From Balanoglossus misakiensis (lineage: Eukaryota > Animalia > Hemichordata), in contig CM082581.2 of the NCBI GenBank assembly GCA_040954595.2, positions 248,001 through 312,000 of the forward strand: a stretch of DNA of 64,000 bases, in the 5' to 3' direction. Made by a program: the position numbers and the translations under genes. The notes under the pieces are model-generated. The model was not told the origin of the DNA, searched no databases, and saw only the letters and a program-made list of their open reading frames with translations. Position 1 is the first letter of the stretch; each line of letters starts with the position of its first letter. Shown here one piece after another: positions 53,901 to 64,000 of this stretch.

Positions 53901-56900
53901 CAGCAAGGTGTCTGGGAATTAACCTCAAGTACAGGGATCGGTCATATGCATGGAACAGTTGGTTCATTTTTTTCAAAGCCGATATTCGAAGGTTCCAATT
54001 TCCTGACCTTATTGCAATGTACAAAGACATGTATGCAAACAAATCTTCCTCTATAAATCTAACCCAAAATTTGAAAGTTTTGTCTGTATTTGCCCTTCTG
54101 CACAGTACGTGAAATATCCCATAATTCATTCTGATTTGTACAATCAGAGATTACTCAGTCAAACCAGGCAAAGTTCACATGTGTAGAGAGAATTGTAGAC
54201 CACTAATAGAAATTTTGAGATCTTACTTTTAAGGTGAATCTTATTGTCAATTACCATTTCAAATGATTTAGAAAATTATGTATTATTGAGAGAGAAGATA
54301 CGAATTTTATAAAATAATCAAGCAATTGCATAGTCAGCCATACCAAAAAGTTTGGAGTAAAACAGGGACACTTGAAACACCTGTTTAATCAAACAAAACG
54401 ATATTGATATTTTCTTTTGACAGAACAATGGAAATTTACATGTTAACTTTCAACAGAGACTGGCCACCTCAGTCAATCATTGCTTGTTTCCTCATTGCTT
54501 GTTTCCTCCAAAGTGTGGCATTTGCAGTACATGAATACTTTGATTCTTAATGCTTTTAAATTTTGATTTTGGAATTTCACTCTAATTCCTCAACGTACTT
54601 TTCCTAGATAAACATAAATAGATTAATATGTACTTCATATCATTGTTAGTGTCTAAAACAGAAAAAGTTATTAAATGGGCAACCTTCGATGATACAAATC
54701 ATGGAGAATTGTGGGTAAAATATCGTACTGTGTTCTGTCACAAAAAATCTGAAATTCCTCTTGCAAGCGAGTAAGTTGAGCCTTAAGGTCACCATTAATT
54801 TTGTCAATATGATCAGCTTTATCTTCAGTACATTCCAAAGATTTTGTGACAGCTTCTAGTAATTATTTTTGGACTGTTTCTGTATTTAAGTGCTGGGTAT
54901 TATGGGTTTCACCCCTCTTATTCAAAAAGGAATTGACAACACATCTAAACATACTTTCCCAAATTTGTGTTAGGAAGCGATGAGTTAGCTTGAAATTTGT
55001 ACACTGTACTAGGGTTTTCAAAGTTCCCCCTTTATGATTGAACCCTGCCAGATGTTTTAGGCCAGCATCCCAGAATATTTTCATGATGACTGGTTGGTAA
55101 TTTTTTAGAGTGTGCCAGTCTCTGATAAAAGGCTGCAACCAGTCTAAATTTGCACCATACATGTCTTTTAACTTTATCAGGTGATGGAAAGTTTTCCCAT
55201 CACCAACCACAACCAGGTATTTTATTCTTACACCAACTCTGAATGTAACATATACAGCTTATTGATAATGTTATGGACAGTTTCAATGGTGTCTGCGTGT
55301 TCACTTGCTATGCCCAAATAAATGACATTTGAGCATTCACTGTCATTACTGTTAGCATTTGTTGCTAATGTTGATTTAAAATCCCCAAAAAACTGTTTCT
55401 ATATCAGCTCTGTGCATTGCATTTTTCTGTAGAGCAAAAATGAATTGTCAGAAAACAGTTCTGACCAAGCAATGGCTTCTTCTTGTTTAATGTCAAAATC
55501 TGACAGCGAAATTGATGACCGTGGTTGATGTTGTCTCAGTAGAGGTGGTTTAAATACTACATCATCATGAACAGTATCATTGGATTTTTTTCTCCGTAAT
55601 TGTACGGGCTTTTGCAATCAAACCTGTACCAGTATTTTTTTAGATAGATCTGTCAACCATGATTTTAGTATTATTTCCACAAATTGCCAAAAATTTCATT
55701 CATTTCAGAGTCTACTATATTTTGTGAACAAAAGCCACTGTTTAATTCCTGCCACCGTTCAAATGAATTCTGTGCATTTTCACTCACCAGACTATCTTTA
55801 CTTTTAATTAACTGCCTGTTAAGAAGCAAATCATAATGGCCTGGTTGACCTGGCCTGTCTGGTGTGTACAAGAGACAGACAGGCTCAGTCTTGGAGAACA
55901 CATCACCATCACCTCTTGCAAATATATCATTCTGCTTGGTGTATATATGTAATGGACATTTTGCAACATACACTACAGATAACATTTCTGGCATACCAGC
56001 ATATTAATCTGCCTTTTCCATACATTGTGTCCTGTGCAAAATGTCCATATAACGAGTGCCGTCTAACAGGACATCAAGTTGTGCATCATCCAATTATTCA
56101 ATGTATATATGATTGGCACGCATTATGTCTACTGTATCTGCTCTTAACTTGTCTGCGAATATTTTCTCTCGGTCAGCTAAAATTGGGTCAGAAGGGAGTC
56201 CACTAGGTAGATGATCGCAATTTTGCAATGCAATATCATTTCTCACAGAGATGCTCCTGAAAAAGCACCTTCCATCACCATATATGTTGATTAGCTTAAA
56301 ATCTTTGACAGTTGAATGTTTGTCATGACTGCCAAAAACAATATCATCAACACTGTTCAAAATTGACTGTGGTTTTGGTTGGACCATTTGATAAGAGGTA
56401 CCGTGGAAACCTCTGTCCTTTGGATCAGCTCTAGCAGCTGCATATTTAGCTGATTTATCAATATTGTCAATGGAAGTTATACAAAATGCATTATTTGCAA
56501 TATTTTCCTCTGTGAAATCAGCTGATGTTCTTTTGTTGATAACTCCCAACATGTATCTATGCAATGTATCTCCAGAACAAATAATACCAAATCAATTTAG
56601 AATTTTCACTAGAGTAGATGACCTACTATAACCTTCAACAATATCAGCCAGATAAGTATGCAATGGGTAAGTACAATGATCAGAACAAGTGAACAATAGC
56701 ATACACACAAAACAAACGTGCTCTACTCTCCATAGAGTGCTGGTCATAAAATCCATAGTAGTGTTTATTCCATTCAAAGTTGGGGCTTTTTAATTTACTG
56801 CATTCACTGTTGTTCAACGTTTTATCACATGAACTGGCCCGTATAGCCGCTTGTGTGACGTAGAACAGGTCGAATAAAAAATCCGAATTTACTCCTGTTC

Positions 56901-57299
56901 TACGTCATCAACCGGAACTATTTACACTGATTCGCCCGTCGCTGTAACTTTCTTGTGAAACGGAATAAACAAGTGGATGAACCCGTAGTTGTACATAAGT
57001 CATATAAAACTGACGGTTCCATGACGGTTCCGTAAGAATATCGCTGGGTAAAATCAATACGAGAAAGGTAGAATTTGAAACGTCAACGCTACGATCATGA
57101 ATGTGTGCTTGCAGCTAGCGGGCCTGGTCCCGAGCGAGCCAGCACATTGTCTTGATTTTAGGCTTACGGAAGTTACGAGAATGGTTTTGTTCCAGCTGAG
57201 CGGGATGACTAACACTCTGTATTCTGTCCACTGGTCAACGATAAGTATAAGACGTGGAAAAAACATCGCAATTCATTTGTTTGAGAATCGAAAACATTT

Positions 57300-59236
57300 T
57301 AGTGGGGCAGTAAACAAAAAAATCGTGCACTTTGGGTTAAAAGCATGAAACTTGGTACACTTATGCATTGACCCATGGCGGCCATTTTCTGATATGGATC
57401 CAAAGTGACAGCGCCCTCTAGTGGCCAGAAACAGACATTCATACTTAAAAACCGTGCACTTCAGGTTAAAAGCCTGAAACTTGGTACACTTATGCATTGA
57501 CCCATGGCGGCCATTTTCTGATATGGATCCAAAATGACAGCGCCCTCTTGTGGCCAGAAACTGACATTCACACTTTCCCCCCATTAATGGCACTTTTTGG
57601 TCATTTGTAACACTCTGAAACAGGAATGTGGGTTGTAAAACATGCTTGCTACCATACATTCATGTGTATATTATCCTAATCCTGATATGCATGTATCAGA
57701 TCAATCTTGATTACCGTTAAAGTCATATTTGTAAACGCAGGTTTTTTAACAAAGTTGCAATATTTCGACTGCTACAATGATCCTGAAATCAGGGTGCGTC
57801 TAATAATATGGAAGTATGCCAAGTTTCAAAACAAACTTTTTCTGTTCTCAGGAGAAGACATCGCCAAAAATCAGGTCATAAAGAAAGTACTTCCCAGTAT
57901 GCAATCATACATTTCTACTCCTGCTGCATGACTTGTGTTCTTTGCTCAAAAGTCTGAAGCCTATTCCTCATACAGTTCAAAAATCGTTTTATTCATACAA
58001 AGTTTGAGTTTTTGATATTTTCAAGTGTCATGTCTTGTCCATATATTCACCCCATAATGTAATCTGAGACTTAGCTTCTACTTCCACATAAACAATGTTG
58101 CAAATTACGTTACATGCCCATTGATGAAATCAGACACACTGTCTGGGTCAACACCATCTGGGTCAACTACGTCTGAAGCCATGTGTCAATGGGTGACAAG
58201 GCATCACATGTCAAAGTGACAGTCATTGAAAACTTCAACCAATCAGAGTAAATGATTTTAGAGGATAATTAATGAGAGGTCAACTACATGTCAAAGTGTA
58301 TTCATATGTTAATTTCATGCATGTGTCATGACGTTGGTTGACCAGCTGAGCAATTATAGGCAACTGAGACAATGGAAAAGACGTAGACCCAGCAATTATG
58401 GGCAGTTGAAACAATGGCAAAGAAAATCACCGTTAGTCAGTCTTCCACATTGAATGAAAGGGGGCGTGTCCTCCACCATGTTGAAAGCAGGGTGCGTCTA
58501 ATAATATGTACTTTTCCGTTTTTCCAAATCTTTGAATTTGTGACATTGCAACCAGCTCAGAAAAGGGGTGCGTCTATAATTACGACTGCGTCTACAAATA
58601 TGACTTTAACGGTACATCTTCCTTCACAGTAACAATGACCACTGCTGTCAGACTAGACCTAAAGCACCTACAGAATCATGTCCATGACTTTTGGCCACTG
58701 ATTTCCTGAGGTTGACTCTTTTCTTGGGCTTGACTAAGAGTTGTCCAACTTGATTTCCACTGGGATTCTGTTGGTTTGATATAGCTTTGCTAGGTTTCTC
58801 ACAGCACATGTTCTTTAGATGCTGCCTGTATTCTCGAGAACCCTTGACTTTCTGGAGAAGAGGTGTTGTATTACCCCTTTGCATGACTTTGTGTATTGAA
58901 CTGGTTGTTATTTCGAAGAACAAATCGTTCAATTAGTAACATACAAGATTGATCTGATGCATGTACATCAGGATTAGGATAATATTAAAAGGAATGTATG
59001 GGAGCAAGCATGTTTTACAACCCACATTCCTGTCTCTGAGTGTTAAACTTGCCCAAAAAGAGTCATTAATGGGGGGAAAAGTGTAAATGTCAGTTTCTAG
59101 CCACTAGAGGGCGCTGTCTTGTGGGATCCATATTGGAAAATGTCCGCCATGGGTCAATGAATAATTGTACTAAATTTCATGATTTTAACCCAAAGTGCAC
59201 AATTATGCCAAAATGTGGGGTTTAGCTCCTGCACTA
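57300..59236. mobile_element. Non-autonomous TAGTG-terminal (Academ-like) element, TTT TSD
   Basis: ttt|TAGTGGGGCAG...CTCCTGCACTA|ttt; the empty site is visible at ~41396. Confidence 0.8.
57714..58612. mobile_element. TA-flanked Tc1/mariner-superfamily-like non-autonomous element (CCGT termini)
   Basis: ta|CCGTTAAAGTCATATTTGTA...TACAAATATGACTTTAACGG|ta; empty site GATCAATCTTGATTACATCTTCC at ~8971-8993. Confidence 0.8.
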
Positions 59237-61786
59237 TTTGTCTCGGGTCCAAGGCTGAGATTCTGTGCGACGGTTGTATTTCCGCGGAAGCACAACTGCG
59301 CTGACTAGCCAGGCAGACGCAAACGCAACCTTGAACCTTGAACATCGTTCCAGGACTAATATTTTTAATATCCTGTCACAATAACGGTTTTAGGATATAT
59401 GGCAATGGAACTGTGTTTATTTTTTCATAAATTTTACAGTGAAGTGCGTCATTTTTTCTGTCAAACTGCGACTTGCAGCATAACTTTGCAGGCAACTCGA
59501 CGCGATTAATTGCTAGGATGTTGTGTTGACATGTACACAGCGCGAGACAATGATTGACAGGCAGAATGTATCAAAATTCTGGCCCATGTGACTGACTCCG
59601 CGAATCTGATTGGTAGACAAGACGCAAAAGTGTAAAAACTTAAAAGTCGATTTCACTTTATGAATGAAAGTGATTCCATAATTAGCATATCTCGTTGGGG
59701 CCACAGATCGTTGCGCAGGGGAAAGAACGTAATCCCGCTAAATAAACTACAAGGCCGCTCGAATATTTTAGCAGGATATTGGAATATTGTATCCTACCTC
59801 TTCTAACGAAAAATAAGAAGACTGTTCATGTGATAAATATATAATCCCATGATATTTTTCTTTATTTAACGTCATCGTATACTCGTGGTTTTCGCGGAGT
59901 CTAGCAACTTCTTGCCTACGGCTCGAAGTTGCACGGCTCTGCGAAAACACTCGTATACGATGACGTCAAACAAAGAAAAATATCATGGGATTATATATAA
60001 AAATAGTATTCCATAACACAGGGTCAATCTCACTGACAATATATTCAACATCAAGTGTACTCAGATCAACAGTGTTTGTTTTGCAGTAATTACTGAATTT
60101 TTAAGATTGCTGATAAATGCTGACATTTAATTTCACAGCCACCAAATCAAGCATTTTGAAAAAGTCAACGTCAACTTTACTCAAGTCTCATACTTGCTGT
60201 TCAAGCCTCTCTATCTGTTGTATGCACAACATACTGGGGATGTTCGACAAGTGCATTTTGGAGGGCAATAGTGAGATCTGAACCCGTTCGGTACAAAAAG
60301 GTGGAGAACTTTCTACTCACTTTTGATACAACAGAAAGGTGAATTGGATTATACACACATAGAAATTCCCGAATAAGCCAGCTATTAGGTTTTCTGTGGA
60401 ATTCCACTGGTTGTACCTTGACCTTGGGTCGCAAAGTCTGATATTCATCGTCTAAACAATCATTGAAATATTGCCTGACGTCAAACAATAGAATGGCGTG
60501 TTTTCTGAGGAGCACTTCTCCTAAAAAGACAACAGTTTTCCAGCATGCAAAATTCACCAAGTCGGTGTCACAGCTGCAGCCTTTTTGTAGCATTGTGACA
60601 TATTTTTTAATTTCTTCAGCAAGTGCTATATCACTCGACATAATTAGGCCTTGTTGAATACTACACGTTGCTTTTTCCGCTAAAGCAACAAATGTTTATA
60701 ACATTTCAAACAAATCAGGCTGTCTTGAGTAAGGGCAAATGGTGTGTTAGTTTGTTGGTGAAATGTTTGCACCATATCAAAATCAGGGATTTTAAACAAA
60801 TTGTTTGCCCGTGATAAGCACGAAGTACACAAAGGATGGCTTTTTCTCACAGCAAGGATGTAGTGATGTTGACACAGTGGAAATGATGAAAATCCTTTAA
60901 AACCTGAGTTGTCTATACTCAATTTTGTACACAGTCCTCCTCACCTGAAATCAGCTCTATAATGTCGCGTAAAAAAATGGCCTATTTCGCGACCCTTCAG
61001 TGGGGCCCACGGTAACGGCTACATGGTATGAAGTACTTTCCCTCATTACCATATGTTAATGAGTACCATGCGATCTGACTGTACAGACACACATACACAA
61101 CGAGAGATTAACAGGCAAACACTGGCTGACCCATAAGCTGCCAATGGCATGTGTACTGTACACACAGCAAATGGTCTCTTTAACAGATAGCCAGTAATGA
61201 AAACATGCAGTTACCAATCACTGTTATTATTGACAAATTGCATCCAAGTCCAGACCCAGGCTTGAATACAATTTTTAAACAATAACAACATTGCTTACCC
61301 TGCTTCACCGAGCTGAACAAGAAATGATGGTTGATAACCAGCATAATACTGAATAAAAATTCAAAAGTTACAGATATAGGACCTTTCGTTGCCCATATAT
61401 TATATTACCATGATCTGTGCGTTGCATTTTAATTGGTCAAGATGAACGACATCACTGACCACAAATACCCAGTAATGGTTTGTTTACATGCCCGTAAATC
61501 TGAATAGTAATATTAGCAAATAGTTCAGTGAACACAACATTTTGCATAACACAAGTTCCGGGGCCCCTAGTCTTGTGTGTGGGACATTTTCATAAATATT
61601 GATGGTTTTCTTGAGATTGTTGGTAATGAAATGGAAATAAATGTAGGGCTCGGGCTCTAGGAAAGCCAAATTTCATGGGCTCAGAAGCCTTGCCCATGAA
61701 TTTTGGGCTTTCCCCTCGCCCTTGCCCAAAAACAAACGTTAATGGTCAGGGCGTTGTGCATTATTTCTATATTGTGTTGATCTTAC

Positions 61787-61903
61787 CTGTACACTCTCCA
61801 TTGACCAATCAATATTCCACAGCACAAGTGCAATAAAAAGAGCCTGCTGTATTCACACACTGGCCTCCACAAAGATCTGCTCTCTCCATATATTCATTGA
61901 CAT
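61787..61903 (-). pseudogene. cbEGF exon with an in-frame stop and a lost cysteine
   Basis: DVNEYMERADLCGGQCVNTAGSFYCTCAVEY*LVNGECT. Confidence 0.8.
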
Positions 61904-62233
61904 CTGAAATCAAAGATAGTTATTATTAATAAATTTATTATTATTTATTTCCTAACAAATGTAATACACATCCATCTCAGTGCATTTTCTACAGAAAATA
62001 ATAAAATTAGAAAACAAGTGAAAGCTTAAAGGATAAAAATTACACTTAAAAACCCCAAACAAACAGAAACAGTTCTGAAAGACAATCCCTATAAACCAAA
62101 AAAGCAATGGAATGAAATAGTGCTGAATAAAAGGACGAGTCTTAAAAACCCCTTTGAAAACTGTCAATAGATCCAGCATTGTGGATAGAAGGTGCACAAA
62201 CACTGAATCCTCTTTAGCCATATGCCTTGTTAA

Positions 62234-63028
62234 GATGGGTCCCCCGTATCTTTTTGCCCGTTGCTATGGGCCTATATAGGACATTACACCCCGATTTGGA
62301 CTAAGCCGTTTTCAGAGTCTAACAAGGGGCTGGCAACAAGTTGAAAATCTGCACGATTGTGAGCGCGCGCCCCCTGACGCCATTGATATGCAATTTAGCT
62401 AGGTCAAATTTCAAAAAGCCTAAGGCTTTTTATTCCGTGACCTAAAAAACGAACTTGATACGTATTCATTAGTTGCTCGAACCAGGGAAGATCGTGACGG
62501 ATTTTGTTTTCGAATATTATCGTTGTATCCTACGATTTCAGCATACCCGTACCACACCTGAAAAAGTCATCGATTTTGGGTGTTTTTGGACGCACTATTC
62601 CACCGGTATCGCTTCTTAGCACGACGAAAACTGAAAAAACGATCTGTCACACTGTGCGGAAGTACGTTCTCAACAAGCAGGTCAAATTCGGCTGGCCTAC
62701 GTCGCCTGTGAAAAAAGGCTTAGGGATTTTTGTGAACGGTGCAAAATCTCTGTGTACAAAACATTGGATTTTTAGCGTTCGATCCAGTTACTGTGGTTAC
62801 GGGACGCGCACGCTATCGCTGACCGCTGCTTTGCCGTATTAGCGTGGCGGCCTATGGCCGGGCGGTAGCTGCCGTAACCATACTCGGACAGAGTGTGTGC
62901 ACACTATCGTGCGTATTTTTAACTAGTTACAAGCCCCTTGTCGGACGTTTATAACGGTTTCGATCAAAATTGAGTGTAATGTCCTGTAAAGGCCCATAGC
63001 AACGGGCAAAAAGATAAGGGGTCCCATC
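62234..63028. mobile_element. ~795-bp MITE, TTAA TSD (Kolobok-like)
   Basis: ttaa|GATGGGTCCCC...GGGGTCCCATC|ttaa. Confidence 0.85.
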
Positions 63029-63644
63029 TTAAGTTTTGAAATGATCATTCACGGTGATGAGTTATCAAGAATATACCCGTTAAAAAGTACTGTACCCTCA
63101 GAGAAGCATTTTGTAATGTCTTTAAAATTTGATGAAAACTATATGAATTTTCTAAGTGTATATTTATTCTTTGCAGAGGTAATTTACTTAGCTATAGGTT
63201 GATAATTTATGTTAATTTCAATGAATTATGCAAATAAGTAGTGAAAATACTTGTACATGAATATATCAGACAGTCTTATAGTGTCGTGTGAGGTTGATGA
63301 CACATATTCTTAACCACATATTTCTTGATCAATTAATTGTGTTTACACCAAAGTCCTCAATATCCTTGGCAATCTCTTCCTAGGAATTGTAACACTCTCT
63401 CCAAAATCCCCTGAAACTTGTGTACCCTGTCAGCAAAACTTTGTCTGATTTTTAAAATACAGATTACTTTTTCACCCTTGCAAACACATTTTCAAAGATA
63501 AGTTTTCACATTTGTTAATTTGTTTATATTATGCATAATTATAATTGGAAAAATTCTAAGATACAATTTCAACAAACATGTGTTCAGTACGAGTGTGCGG
63601 TTGATTTCAAATTTTAAAATGTGTGCAATGGATAGACAGGATGT

Positions 63645-63841
63645 GTGTTTAGCTGATTGTAACCATAGCAATATGCAATCCCCAAAAACAGTGTAGCCAC
63701 AGAAGAGACCAATGTTTAGCTGATTGTAACCATAGCAATATACAATCCCCAAACAATGTAGCCACAGAAGAGACCAATGTTTAGCTGATTGTAACCATAG
63801 CAATATACAATCCCCAAATAATGTAGCCACAGAAGAGACCA
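63645..63841 (+). repeat. ~62-bp minisatellite x 3
   Basis: TGTTTAGCTGATTGTAACCATAGCAATAT.CAATCCCC...GTAGCCACAGAAGAGACCAA repeated. Confidence 0.9.
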
Positions 63842-63859
63842 AAATCCACAGTTACATAC

Positions 63860-63982
63860 CGTCACATGCATGGCCATCTTCCAGCAGATAGAATCCTGGT
63901 CTGCAAGCGCAGAGATAACTACCATGGGTATTCTGACAACAGTGTTGACATGCATTTCCACCACTGTGACATTCATTCATAT
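63860..63982 (-). CDS. Calcium-binding EGF exon (phase 1-1), intact
   Basis: DMNECHSGGNACQHCCQNTHGSYLCACRPGFYLLEDGHACD. Confidence 0.85.
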
Positions 63983-64000
63983 CTGGAAGGTAAGAAGAAA

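Larger units (their letters stand above)
56823..59997. mobile_element. Copy of the 40923-42140 element, inserted in the Academ ORF and itself interrupted
   Basis: 56823-57299 joined to 59237-59997 is colinear with 40923-42140. Confidence 0.8.
51016..60922 (-). pseudogene. Academ transposase pseudogene (transposase core, embedded OTU-like domain, XPG-like nuclease region, C-terminal Cys-rich/CXC domain)
   Basis: SIDNID...FHGTSYQMVQP; VGDGKTFHHL...DWHTLKN; IRSGNWNLRISALKKM..LFHAYDR..Y; HEEADSRCILHA...PDTD; GCGCKK..CNSSCCKC...GCGPAC; many stops and frameshifts. Confidence 0.8.
49238..61081 (-). mobile_element. Decayed Academ-type DNA transposon (11.8 kb including nested insertions)
   Basis: TIR CAGTCAGATCGCA(C/T)GGT(G/A)CTCATT; TACA TSD (49234-49237 and 61082-61085); it splits a copy of the Helentron-like repeat. 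Confidence 0.85.

Noticed and set aside
61299-61350. Short minus-strand segment with good splice signals
   Set aside because: No recognisable peptide, and it has a stop in the phase used by the EGF exons.

Overview
AT-rich, repeat-dense animal DNA, probably from a marine invertebrate (GT-AG introns, many MITEs, LINE and Gypsy relics). The minus strand carries decayed calcium-binding EGF exons (about 6.6, 45.8, 48.3, 61.8 and 63.9 kb). Between them lies a pseudogenised internal fragment of DNA-PKcs (PRKDC, 11043-43580) with in-frame stops and frameshifts. One PRKDC intron contains an apparently intact 16.4-kb DNA transposon (15821-32227; ~38-bp TIRs, TGTA target duplication). It encodes two divergent spliced genes: a Sola-like DDE transposase (minus) and a ~786-aa protein that fuses a ParB-like domain to a bacterial-type beta-class amino (N4C/N6A) DNA methyltransferase fold with degenerate catalytic motifs (plus). 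Both ends of this element carry tandem arrays built from the same hairpin motif. A second, decayed 11.8-kb Academ-type transposon (49238-61081) has an OTU deubiquitinase-like domain inside its transposase and holds a stack of nested insertions. All protein assignments come from manual translation and motif recognition; no database searches were run.
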